Positions 1 to 11,900 of a stretch of DNA of 64,000 nt are shown piece by piece (positions within the stretch are counted from its first letter, which is position 1; each line of letters starts with the position of its first letter). The stretch comes from Lama glama (Eukaryota): the NCBI GenBank assembly GCA_028534125.1, contig CM052818.1, positions 1,056,001 through 1,120,000 on the forward strand, in the 5' to 3' direction. Below the pieces are notes generated by a model, which had not been told where the DNA came from, did not search any database, and worked only from the letters and a program-made list of their open reading frames with translations. Made by a program: the position numbers and the translations under genes.

Positions 1-2835
1 CTCAGCTTCCTCCTTTGGCCTTGACCCTGCTCTTTCCCTGCCTGGTGCCTGCCTCCTGGTTCCTGCCTCCTGGTTCCTGCCCCAGTGCCAGGCTCTGCAG
101 CTTCCCCCCACCCCTGTGCTCACCGAGTGCCCCTCGTGGTGTGTGCAGCACAATCTCACCCCTCCCCTGCCCTTCTCCCCTGCGGACCCCCTCCAGCATG
201 CTCAGACCCCTCGGTGCCTCTGCTTGTGCTGGGCTCCCCACCTCTTCCTTCAGCCCCCTTGCCCCTCCCGTCTACTCTATTTCCGTCCCCCTCCTCACAC
301 CCAGCCAAAGAGCTTTGGTGTCAAGCAGCCCTGTTCTATGCCCTACTCTGCCCCTTAGCTGTGTGTGCTCCTGGGCAGCCTATCAGACCTCTTGGAGCCT
401 CAGTTTCCCTGGGAGTAAATGGGGAGGTACTGTGCCCTGTCTCATGAAGTCAGCAGGAGGATGGAATGAGCTGCTGCAGGGAGCTGGTCCGCGTGCATGT
501 GCGACTGTGTTAGCTGCTGCTCTGGGAGGCCGTGCAGCCAGCCGCCCTCTAGAACTTCCATATCCTCTAGAGTCCCCATCACACCATGCGGCCTGCAGTC
601 ATGTACTATTTCCTCCACCTGAGTTTCCCACAAGTGAGGTGGTGAACACTGAGAACAGCTACCTCAAACTCCCACGCCACCCTCCTTTTGGCTGGAGAGG
701 TTGGAAAACTAAAAACTGCATTTCCCAGACTCCCTTGCAGCCGGGGTTGTAGAAATGAATAATAGGATTCCGCCCCTCAGTTACACTCACGATATTCGGA
801 AGGCGGACGTGAGGCCGAGGCTGTTTCCGACTCTGGTTGTTTCTGGGTTGTTTGTTTTCTACAGCAGCTTCCCATGGTTCCTTCTCTACCTTCTGGATGT
901 CATGAGGCAAAGTCAGTGGCGACCATGTCAGTAGTGGCTTGCTCCTGGTTTCTGGGTCTCTGTGTTGCCACTACAGTGGTTTTCAGCCCGTGGTTCCAGA
1001 AATGATCTCAGGGGTTGTAGTGCTACTGGGATCGGTTTAGAATTTGGAACCCACTATTCTGGCCCTTCCGACAATTTGGGAAACTCCTAATTCTCTGTAC
1101 TAAATCTCTCCTCGGTTAAAATGCTTAGAGGGGTGTTCTATACAGAACCTCGACAGGCAAGGTGCAAACCAGCCTTCTCTTTGTTCTGCACGCCCACAGG
1201 GTGGCACCTTACACAGGTCTCCGCCTCTCAAGAAAGCCTCACCTGCAGACCCAGCGCCACCGGGGAGCCTCGGAGTTGCTGGGCTCATGTGCTGGTCGTC
1301 CCCGTTTGTACTTCCATTCATCTGCCCTTTTCCTCCTCTGCCCTACATGCAAGGAGCTGACCCCTGCAAATTATGTTCCCCAGGCTGCCCTGTCCACTGG
1401 CTTCCTGCTGGGTTTGACCAACTGTAGGGCACTGGTGGGAGACTGGAGGGCGGGAGGAGGGAGAAGCCCAGACTGTTTCTGATCTTTTCTCTCTGGCTCC
1501 AGTGGCATCTATGCTGTGCAGCCAGCCTCTGCCAGGCACCACCCTCCCCCAAATGGCTCCAGCTCCCAGCTGTCGCCCCTCGGGGTTGTAGCTCTGACCT
1601 GGCAGTCCCAGCCAGCACCACCCTGTGCCCTGACTGTTGAGCTCTGTTAATCTGTGTGTTGCCTCACCTTCCCGGGTTTCCATCTTTTCCAACACTCCTG
1701 TAGCTGGGTTCTCAAATGAAATCCCCTCTGTAGTGAGCGACCTGGTGTGAGTGGGTTTTCCTGACTGTAACAGTCTTCCTCATATAAGCCAGTGATGGGG
1801 CTGAAGGCTCTGGGCCACAGCTTCCCTCCTCAGGGCCAGTCTGTCTCTGCGGCCTGCCCGCCAGCCTGTCCTGGTCCAGCCTGCAGAAACATCTGGGCAG
1901 AGTCCTTCAGGGTCCCCTTCCCCCGCTGGGGAGTGGGGGGCGGGGGAGGAGCTGGGGTGAGTGGCAGCTTTCGCCAACACCTCAGTCTTCTCTTCTCGAC
2001 ATGTTTACTCACAGGCTGTCTGGAAAGTGCGAATCCTCCCTAATGGATGTTTCGCCCAATTAAATAATTAACTCAGAGTGTTGCTAAGCGTCTTCAGCAA
2101 AGCCTCTTCCAGTCCTGGAGGCCTCCCCATGCCAGGCTGTGGCTGCTACCAGTGGGGTCCGGCCAGTGCAGAGACCAGAGAGGCTGGTGGGAGGAGCCAG
2201 GAGGCTGGCAGGGAGGGAGCCCCAGATGTGTCTGGGCCAGGATGAGGGAGCTGAGTGCTCTGGAGAGAGAAGGGGAAAAGGCATGTCTAGAAAAGGGAGG
2301 CTAAGGCTCATAGGAGGGGGCAGCAGACAGTAGGGGTGGGGGCGCTAAGTATATTGTGGTTCATTCACACTGTGGAAAATCACTCAGCCCTTAAAGGAAA
2401 GGAGCTCTGTATGGACACGTATGGACAGGAAAAGAGCTCTACGATACTGTAAGTGGAAAAAAATGCCGACAGTCCATACAGTTTAATTTAATGTAAGTAA
2501 AAATAACACGCACATGCGCACATATACCTGGGCATCTACGAAAGAGGGGCGAAGGCAGCCCAGCACACTGCCCTCTGTGCCCGGGAGTGGGGTGAGAGGA
2601 AGGCGGGGCTCTTATTTCACGCTCTGCGCCCCAGAAACACTTGACTCTTAAAACCAGAAGATGCTCTTATATCACTTCTGTAACTAAAACAGGAAGAATC
2701 TAGCGAAGAATACTCTCAGAAAAAAAAAAAAGAAAGAAATGGCAATGTTTAAAGAAAATGGCACAGAGAAGGATGTAGGAGTTATGATAAATTGAAGGAA
2801 ATACTTGACTCTTGGGAGTCTAGACTCTTGCTTGA

Positions 2836-3071
2836 ATCAATATTTTGCAGTATTTTGGTCCTAAGTCAGAGTGAGAAATAAGTTTCCAGCAGACCCCAGT
2901 ACACACATGTATGTATGTTTGAAACAGAAATTCCACAAAATGTTGCCTTTAGCCCATGCCATGCACCCTAGAATTTTTTATTCTTTTCTAATTTTCCCCT
3001 TTAGGATATTGGTTGTGATCCTCTAAATAGATTTCATAAATGGGCTCCAAATTGCAGCTTGGAAAACACTG
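2836..3071. mobile_element. Old hAT-Charlie-type DNA transposon remnant (MER119-like, tentative)
   Basis: Ends in ...ggttgtgatcctctaaatagatttca...gcagcttggaaaacactg, resembling the CAGTG-type terminal repeat of hAT-Charlie MERs. Confidence 0.45.
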
Positions 3072-3266
3072 TCTAAACTGGTGGAACGCCTGGGCCCTTT
3101 TAGAAAGGTCTTGCCAGTCAAGCCCTAGGGTCCCACCAAGTCAGGAGAGGAAACCTGGGGCCTTCTGATTCAAGTCCCTGAGGGAACAGGAGAGAAGTTG
3201 TTTGGGGGCATGACCACCAGGTTGCATTCACTACCAATCCAAGCGCCAGCTCAGAGGTTTGTCTTT

Positions 3267-4120
3267 TTTTGTTGTTATCATTGAAGTATACAGTCAGTTA
3301 CAATGTGTCAGTCTCTGGTGTACAGCACAATGTCCTGGTCACACATATACGTACATATATTCATTTTCACACTGTTTTTCATTAATGGTTATTACAAGAT
3401 ATTGAATATAGTTCCCTGTGCTATACAGAATAAATTTGTTTTTTTAATCTATTTTAATATATATTAGTTAATATTTGCAAATCTCAAACTCCCAGATTTA
3501 TCTCTTCCCATCCCCTTTCCCCCCTGGTAACCATTAGTTTGTTTTCCATGTCTGCTAATCTGTTTCTGTTTCGAAGATAAGTTCATTAGTGTCATCTTTT
3601 TTCCTTTTTTAGATTCCACATATGAGTGATATATGATATTTTTCTTTCTCTTTCTGGCTACTTCACTTAGAATGACGATCTCTAGTTCCATCCATGTTGC
3701 TGCAAATGGTATTATTTTATTCCTTTTTATGGCTGAGTAGTATTCCATTGTATAAATATACCACAACTTCTTTATCCAGTCCTCTGTTGATGGACATTTA
3801 GGTTGCTTCCATGTCTTGGCTATTGTAAATAGTGCTGCCATGAACATTGGGGTGCAGGTGTCTTTTCAGATTAGAGATTCCTCTGGCTATATGCCCATGA
3901 GTAGGATTGCTGGATCATATGGTAAGTCTATTTTCAGGTTTTTAAGAACCTCCATACTGTTTTCCATAATAGCTGCACCAAACTACATTCCCACCAACAG
4001 TGTAAGAGGGTTCCCTTTTCTCCACAGCCTCTCTAGCATTTGTCGATTGTGGCCTTTTTAATGATGGTCATTCTGACCGGTGTGAGGTGATACCTCATTG
4101 TAGTTTTGATTTGCATTTCC
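3267..4120 (-). mobile_element. 5'-truncated LINE-1 (ORF2 C-terminus + 3' UTR + A-tail)
   Basis: Minus [44 protein letters not shown] is the L1 ORF2 C-terminus; T-rich tail on the left; degenerate 15-bp TSD cagaggtttgtcttt (3252-3266) / cagaagtttatcttt (4121-4135). Confidence 0.93.
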
Positions 4121-4334
4121 CAGAAGTTTATCTTTAAACCAGAATTGAACCATCGCCAAGGCTCACCCCACCTACAGGGGGTCCCGGAACCAACAGGCAT
4201 TGCAGGCAGGCCCCTGTGTAGGAAACAAAACCAAAATCTCAAAACACTCCACAGTGAGGGGCCCAGATCTTCCCCGCTTGGTTTAGCGCAGTCTTAAAAA
4301 TGGAGCCAAATCCCACCCAAGTTCAAAATCCAAG

Positions 4335-4510
4335 TCTTCAGGACTAGCTTGTGTGGCTTTGGCCAAGTTCCTTCACCTCTTTGTGTCTCAGTTTTTCCAT
4401 CTGGAACGCGGGCATAGATAACAGTATCCCCTTCCCTCAAGGAGTTTTAAAGATCAAACGCGTCAGTGCCGACAGCGCCCTGAGAGCGGGGCCTGGGTCA
4501 GCAGATGGAA
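4335..4510. mobile_element. MIR SINE fragment
   Basis: Core tgtggctttggccaagttccttcacctctttgtgtctcagtttttccatctg matches the MIR core pattern. Confidence 0.7.
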
Positions 4511-5060
4511 GCTGCTGGTACGCGGCCTCCCCTCCTGCGCGGCTCTGGAGGCGGGGCTCGGGCAGCGCTTCAGTGGTCAATTAACTGCAGACATGAATGA
4601 AACCCGGGAGCCCATTTCCACCCTCTCCCTCCGGCGGGGCAACGGGCTGGAGCGGTCGGTCGGGGTGAGGGGAGGTGGAGTGTGGCAGGCGCTGATGAGG
4701 CTGATAAGCCACGAGTCCCAGTCCCGTTCCCTTGTGACCGCGCCCGGGGGCCTGGCGGCCGCCCTCTGACTCCCCTGCTCCCACGTACACCCCCGGAGCC
4801 AGGCCTGTCTCGGCCACCACTGCCCCTCCCCTCCCCCTCTCCAGTGGGGGGCGTGGGGAGGGGGGCGGAGGGCAAGCGGGGAGACAGACACACCCTGCAG
4901 ACCTGGACAGCCGTGCCAACCTAACCTCGCCCGGGAAGGTGAGGGGCCCCCACTTCCCTCCTCCACACCTCTGCCCCTCTCCCCACCAGGTGCAAGGCCC
5001 TGCCCAAGCTCGCCTCCTCCGCAGGGCTCTCCTCCTCAGGTCAGCCTCCCTCCTCCCTCC
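4440..5060. promoter_or_regulatory. Small orphan CpG/GC-rich island (candidate distal promoter or enhancer)
   Basis: Locally dense CpG (cgcg, gcggtcggtcgg, cgcccggggg), GC boxes (ggggcggag near 4862), no coding homology. Confidence 0.55.
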
Positions 5061-5339
5061 TCCGGTCCTGCTTAAAGGCATCCTTAATGCACCTGGCTCC
5101 CAGAAGCCTTTTCCCTGACCCGGGTTAAGCCAGTCCTATCTCAGCCATCACTGGGCCCGGAGGCCAGAGCCTTCAACATGTTCATGTTTAGAAACCTGAA
5201 AACAGCCTCCAAAAGTATGGAAAGTAACCTTCAAAAGGGCCACTTTGGGTTTTTTTTTTTTTCCTGAGACTGTCTCAATTGAGACAAACAGCAAAGAAAG
5301 ACCAGAGAGCTAGCCCCAGCATTTAAATGTGAATAAATT

Positions 5340-6245
5340 TAAATTTCTCTCTTTTTTGGCATGTAGTTTTACGGGTTTTGACAAATGTAGAGAGCCCTGT
5401 ACCTGCCACCAAAAACAAGATGTAGAACAGTCCATCACCCCCCAATTCTCCTCCTCCCTCTCGTTTTACTCAGCCTTTCCTCCACCCAACCCCTTGCAAC
5501 CTCTTGCTTGTTCTTTCTGGTACTTTACCTTTTCCAAAAATGTCATCTAAGTGGAACGCTAGAGTGTGCAGCCTTTTAAGGCTGACTTCTCTCACTCAGC
5601 ACAGTGCCTTTGAGATTCAGTCATGTTATTGCCTGTGTTACTGGTTTGTTCCTTTTTTATTGATGAGCAGTATTCCACTGCATGGGGGTACCACAGTTTG
5701 CTTATCCATTACGAGTGGCAGATGTTTGGGTAGTTTCTAGTTTGGGGCTATAGTGAATAAAGCTGCTACATGTATGCTGGTGTACAGGTGTCTGTAAGAA
5801 CATGTTTTCATTTCTTCTGAGTAAAAACCAAGGAATGGGATTGCTAGGTCACAGGCAAGTTATTTAAAAATAAAGAGAACAAATATCCTTCTTGGTCTTC
5901 TGTGTCCCTAGGCAGCCTCCATTACCTTTTTCTTTGTATTTTTCCAAAGATGTGTATACGTATATGTGTGTGTGTGCAAGAAAGAGACATATATACAGAG
6001 CAAACATATACTTCTTAAAAAAATTACAAATGATCAGATAATACACCTATTTTTTGCTTTGGCTGCCTTTTCCACCTAATAATTCTTGATGATTACGCCC
6101 TCTTCATATAGTTCTGACTCATTCTTTTCTACAGGTACATAGTATTCCATTTATGGATGTACCATACTTTATTCAACAACTGCTTATTGATGATTTTGAA
6201 TTTTTTTGTTTTTTTTGGAATTATGATATTGTAATGAAAATCCTG
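5340..6245 (-). mobile_element. Old L1 (L1MB/L1MC/L1ME-type) 3'-end fragments
   Basis: Typical antisense L1 3' UTR text (tgagattcagtcatgttattgcctgtg...ttgggtagtttctagtttggggctatagtgaataaagctgcta...gggattgctaggtca). Confidence 0.7.
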
Positions 6246-8354
6246 GACGGGTTTCCCCCGCTGTCTGAAAATAGAGTGTTATAAAAACTTCCTCAGCTGA
6301 AATGGTGTTAAGTGAAGAAGCAGTCACCTTTGGGCACATCTTGCTAACAGACGCACAGAGTAAATTGAGGTACAGCATAGATGCTCACAGACACAGTTCA
6401 AAGGTACGGCGGCCGGATGCTGAGATGCTGAGCGTATTTCCCAGGGAAAGATCTTGGTGGTGCCACTGCTGCTGCTTGGGGTGTGACCGCCTCTGGAATG
6501 GCTCACTGCGAAGCAAATGCCTAGGGTTCTTTTTGTTTTTCACCTTTTCTCATAAAAGGGAAAAATATCTCTTCCAATTGCTTTTGGTTAGCGAAAACAG
6601 GTAATAATGTAAAATTGAAGTGGTGTGAGGTGAGTTTTGGAAAAGTGGGGAGACCTGTTTATGCTGCTTGTACCGTTGTTTGAGTGCAAATAGGAGAACT
6701 CAAAGGTGGAGTCCTTAAAAGAACAATGTACATCCTGGCGGCTGCCCGTTGCCCCCTCCCCCCTCCTCCCTGGCCCATTGCAGTTTGGGCCCAGCACACC
6801 AGTGAAACCGCTCTCACCAAGGTCACCAGCAGCCCTTTCACACTCATCCGCCTCAGTTTCTCCAAGGCTGGCAGTGTCATGACCCCACCCTGCTGTTTGA
6901 AACATTCCCTTCAGAGCCTCTGGTCTCTCTTGGGTCCCTTAGCTCTCTGGTGGTCTCTTCCCCATTTCTGCTTCCTCCCACGGCCCTTGCAGACACTCGG
7001 CAAGAACCACTCGGCTCGCTCCTGCTCCCCAGCCCCCCCCATCATCAGTCACACTGGGTATCAGGCAGCTCCCACAGTTCTGTCCACAGTGCTGACCTCC
7101 GTTCTCCGCTCTGGTCAACTTGCTGCCCACCCTGTGAGCCCGCATCCCAAGCCTGACTCAGCTTCCCCGTGCCATCCAAGCGTTCCTCACCTGCCAGCCC
7201 TGGCTTTTATTTATGGGGCTGCCAGGCGGCCAGGATGCTTTGTGTCCCCTCACTCTCTCCTCCCACTAGTTAGTCACCAGAAACTGCCCTTCCCATGATT
7301 CTTCCCTTCCTGATCCCACGACCAACCGCCCTGGGGCTGGGCTTCCCTCAGCAACAAGGGCTGACTCTTGCTGAGCATCTGCTATGTGCCAGGCACGGTG
7401 CAAGAACTACCAAGCAGGTGTAACCTCACACAGTCTTGCAAGGAAGATTCTACTAGTCTTTAAAGCTCAGATTCAGTAGCACATCTGGGAAATGGAGGAC
7501 CCAGGATTTGGTCCCAAGCAGTCCGGAGGCTGTGATGTGACTACATCATCGCACTGCCTGACTCACTGAGATTGTTTTATAACAGATTGTCTGGCCTCCA
7601 GACCTTACCATATGCAACTAACACTCGGCTCACAGACTGCTATTCCTAAAGCCTTGCTCTGCCTACTCCATAACTTGAATCAAAAGTCTTAACTGCCTTC
7701 AGATAAAGCCTGGGTGCCAGGCTTGCCATAGAGGGTCCTCCATGCACGGCCCCAGGTTGCCCATCCCGCCTCCCACGTGCACCTGAGCCTCCAGCTGTCC
7801 CGGTGGGCCCTCCTCATCCCCACGTTTCCACCTTGGCTCACACATTCCTTTGCTGGGAGTGTCATCACCCCTCCTTTCAGCCAAGTCCAATCCAGCCTAT
7901 CCTTTATGGCTTAGCTGAATGTTACCTCCTTCACAAAGCCTCCCACTTCACAAAGAAAATAGTGGCCATAGAAAGGGAATACTCTCGGCTCCTGCCCCCA
8001 AGCGTCTTCTTCCCGCCTTAACGAGAATCCCAGCCTCTGCGCTCCCACTCCAACCAGCCCCACCTTCTCAGAGGTCTCCTTTTAACAACGATGCTAGACT
8101 GAAACCAGTTTGCACAAAATGAAGCTGAAAGGCATAACAATTTGATCCAAAAAAAAAAAAGAATATTCCAGAGTCATTTAAAATTCTATTTATTTATTTT
8201 TGGATAATGAATAGATTTATATTTAAAAGTCCTGCAGATAAAAAGGGTACAAAGTAAAATCCTCCCTCCCATCTCCCAACCACCCAGTTCTTATACTCAC
8301 GGGAAACAAATATTATTAGTATCTTGTGTATTTTTGGGGGGGGAGCTATTTAGA

Positions 8355-9438
8355 TGTGGTAGTTTTAAAATGTCCAAAAATTCTTTGATGCTTCTCTGTT
8401 GAGTGTGGGCTGGACCAGTTGACTCACTTGTGGTAGTGGGTAGACTTCCAAGGCTAGGCTGCAAGAGGCACTGTGGCCTCCTCCTCACTTTGCTCTCACT
8501 CGTGGCTCTTAGCTGCCATGTCACAAGGACACTCAAGCAAGCCCTCTGGAGCAGCCTGCATGACAAGGAACTGAGACTTCCTAACAGCCACACGAGGGAG
8601 CCATCTTGAAAGCAGAACCTGCAGCCTCGGACGAGCCTTCAGATGACTGCAGCCCTGGCCCACGAATTGACAGCAACCTTATGAGACACCCTGTCCCAAA
8701 ACCACCTGGCTAAACACCCAAATTTCTGGCCTACAGAAATTATGAGATAATACAGTTGATTCTTGTTATTTGCAGCAGTTATGTTCTATAGAGTCACCGA
8801 GAACACTGAATTATCAAAAACCGAACCATTACTCCCAGGGGAAATATAATTAGGTTCCTGGGATCTGCTGGTCACATTTTCATCAGCTGATTAATACATC
8901 ACCTTGTTTTGTGTGTGTTGCTGTTTAAGAACACCTTATTTAACATATATTGTTGATTCATTAGCATTATGTTCAACAGCACCGTAACTCACGTCTGAAC
9001 AAAGCTTCTCTAACACACACGTTTTCTCTGGAAGGCACATCACAGCCTTCTTGTGCTTAATGAGGCCACTTCAAACAGCAAAACCATCAACAAAAAGCAC
9101 AAAATTGCAAACAAAACAAAACAAAACATGGCACTAAATAGACTCAGAAAAGGATGCTTGTTTACAGTATGAGAGCTGAATCAAGGTATCACCTTGTTCA
9201 ACCCCAGCTGGGAATGTGTCCACAGGGCAGCTCAAATTTTTGCTGCTCTGTATATATATGCAAATGACCGTGAAGTCACTTTGTGTATTGATTTTGGGAT
9301 TAAAAATTAATTTTTGTGATTAGGTGAGTTCACAAATACAGAATACACAAATAATGAGGATTAACTGTAAATATCTATTGTTTGAATCCACTAAGCACTG
9401 GGGTAATTTGCCCTGCAGCAGATCAGTAAAATGCATAC
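8355..9438 (+). mobile_element. MaLR MLT1-family solo LTR, split by a Tigger insertion
   Basis: Begins tgtggtagttttaaaatgtcc; MLT1 body (gagccttcagatgactgcagccctggcc, cctacagaaattatgagataata); resumes after 9369 with aatatctattgtttgaatccactaag...ggggtaatttg. Confidence 0.75.
8753..9367. mobile_element. TcMar-Tigger non-autonomous DNA transposon (MER82-like)
   Basis: Terminal inverted repeats CAGTTGATTCTTGTTATTTG ... CAAATAATGAGGATTAACTG, flanked by a TA duplication (8751-8752, 9368-9369); ~615 bp. Confidence 0.85.
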
Positions 9439-10585
9439 CCTTATCTGTGCACTATGATCCGAGTTTCTGCAGAACAATGATATATGCACAGAAAAGGATC
9501 TGCAACCAAAAACGCCCTTATAAGTCACTTTGCGTGAGTGAGATTATGCGTGTTCTTTCAATGCCTTTGTTTGGTGGTATTTTCTGATTTTTCCTGAAAT
9601 AAATGCGTATTTCTTTGTGATAAGAAAACAGTAAAGAAAACATTTAAAATTATATTGTTAGATGTTGTGTTTGTTTCAATTAGTTCCAGTTGTTAGACAA
9701 TGATTTTGCTATAAATCCCATATTGTTAAGACATTTATTTGACCTAAACAATTCCTTTTTGGACACTTAAGTAATCCCATCCCATATCAAACCAGGTTAC
9801 TTCTGGCCAGGTTGTTTTGGGCCACATGTTATGCTACCTCCTCCATCACCCACTCTGGTCCTTCAGCTTCCACTTCCTCTCCCTGATTCCTTCCCAGACT
9901 CTGGTCTCTCCATTAAAACAAAGAGCACCCTTCTCTCCTCAGGAATGCCTACACTCCCTGCTTCCCCTTCCTTATTCCCAAATTCTCAGTCCACTGCAGT
10001 GCACCCTCTGCCTGGATCACTCAGCAAAGCCGTTCCCTCGATCTCCTTGTGGCTAAGTGCAGACACTTCTCAGGTCCTTTATCACCCGAGGACTTCCTGC
10101 TCTTGCCCCCTCCCTGGTTTCTGTTTGGGTTTCCGTGTTCACACATTTCTCCCTACCTGTCTGCCCACTCCTTGGTGGTCCCTTTTGCAGGCTCTTCAGA
10201 GCGAGTGATCTTGCAGCTTCTCCCTCCTTGGTCCTTCTGTCTCCTCACTATACACCCCTCTCTCCAGGGAGCTCGCTCACCATGGCTGCAGTTACATCTG
10301 TATGTTGAGGGCTCCCGTCAGGTCCCACGAGCTCCCTGCTGTCCCCCCGAGCTCCAGCCTGTATGCCAGCTGTCTGCTGGGCCTCTCACTTGGATGTCTC
10401 AAAGGCACCACACACTCAGTCCCACAGGGCCGGTTATCTCCCTCCTCTAGCCTTATGTCCTCATCCCAGACTCTCACACTAGGAACTCGGGCGTTCCCCC
10501 TTCCTCTTCCTCAGACTCCACACGGTGCCCAGCACTGAGGAACATTCAACTGATATTCATTTAATGACTTTAATCAGCCACCCAG

Positions 10586-10647
10586 CACTGGAATTTGACA
10601 CAACATTGTAAAATGATTATAAATCAATAAAAAATGTTAAAAAAAAA
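10586..10647 (+). mobile_element. Extremely 5'-truncated young L1 (62 bp of 3' end + A tail)
   Basis: cactggaatttgacacaacattgtaaaatgattataaatcaataaaaaatgttaaaaaaaaa between perfect 14-bp TSDs aatcagccacccag (10572-10585, 10648-10661). Confidence 0.88.
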
Positions 10648-11449
10648 AATCAGCCACCCAGTCCAGTTGATTCCACCTTCTGAATGACCCTAGGACCTGC
10701 TAGCTTCCCTCCACTGTTTTCTATTGCCTGTTATTCCTCCATTAGACTATGGCACACATCTCAGAGGTGGCAGAGCTGTGAACCCAGGACACATTAATTA
10801 GATGCTACAGGAGAATGACATCCAGCCTGCTCTCAGGGTACCAAACTGTGGGACCTGGCACTGGGCTTCCCCTCACGCCTCCCTGGCCACCACCCTCCAT
10901 CCAAGGGAAAGGGTGGCCTTTAAATCTGCATGTCCTCAGGGTTGCATCAGAAGGGGCAGCTCTTTCTGAACACTCAAAGATGAGATCCATCCACTCCCAA
11001 AGTCTAGTCCAGCAGGTTGCAGGTCCACCTTCACAGTGGCTTGGCTCAGCTAAGCCCAAGGGAAGCGAGGGGACTCCTGCCTCAGGTCGGTCCCTCTCCT
11101 GGCTCACAAGGAGGAAGGGAGGGAATGAGGCAGAGGGACAGTGTGCCTGGTGGAGCAGGGGGCACAGTGAGAATGGCCAGGGGCTGGAAGAGAAGGCGGT
11201 GACTAATTTCCTCACTGCTCGAAGACCTCCCTGGGTGCTGCCTTGCTGGTTGGGGCAAAGCAACAAAATTCAGTGGACAGACCCAAGTCCAAACCTTGTT
11301 TTGGCCAGCGACTCTGGGAAGGCAGCAGATGGAAGGCTGTAGTTCTGCAAATGACCAGCAGAGAGCGCGCTTAGCCCACCTCTGCCCAGTGTAGGGAGGG
11401 GTGTGTGAGGGAAGATGTGGGGAATGCTCTGATAAACTACTGAATGTGG

Positions 11450-11900
11450 GAAGCAAGTGTGGGACAGAGGGGAGCTGACTTTCATGTGTCTCGCATGTAT
11501 GACATCCAAAACTCAGGAATACGGGAGAGAAGCAGTGTGGTGGTAGTCAGGGAAAGTGAGTGGGGTTTGAGCCTGTGGAATGTGAGATCCCGAGGGACAT
11601 CCTGTGGGAGGTGTGTGCCAGGCAACTGATGTACAATTCTGGAGCTCCGGGGAGGGACTGAGGTTAAACGTGCAGGTTTGGGGTCATCATTGTGTGTGCA
11701 GTGTGCAAGATCTGCAGTAGCTGAGAATGCCCAGGCAGCATGAGAAAGCAGCAGGTCAAAGGCAGAGGCCTGGGGAGCATGGTATTTAAGGGGCTGGGGA
11801 GAGGGGGATGGACATATCAGAGAGGCTGTGGAATAGCCCAGGGATAACATGGTAGATGCAAGGGATGAGCGCGTTTAAAAGTGGATGAGTGTCCCGACAG
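11450..11900 (-). mobile_element. L2 LINE fragment
   Basis: Degenerate L2-like text (tttgagcctgtggaatgtgagatccc...ctggagctccgg...tttggggtcatca). Confidence 0.55.

Noticed and set aside
15..752. 245-aa ORF at the window start
   Set aside because: Non-ATG start, Pro/Ser/Cys-rich translation of a C/T-rich tract, no recognisable protein.
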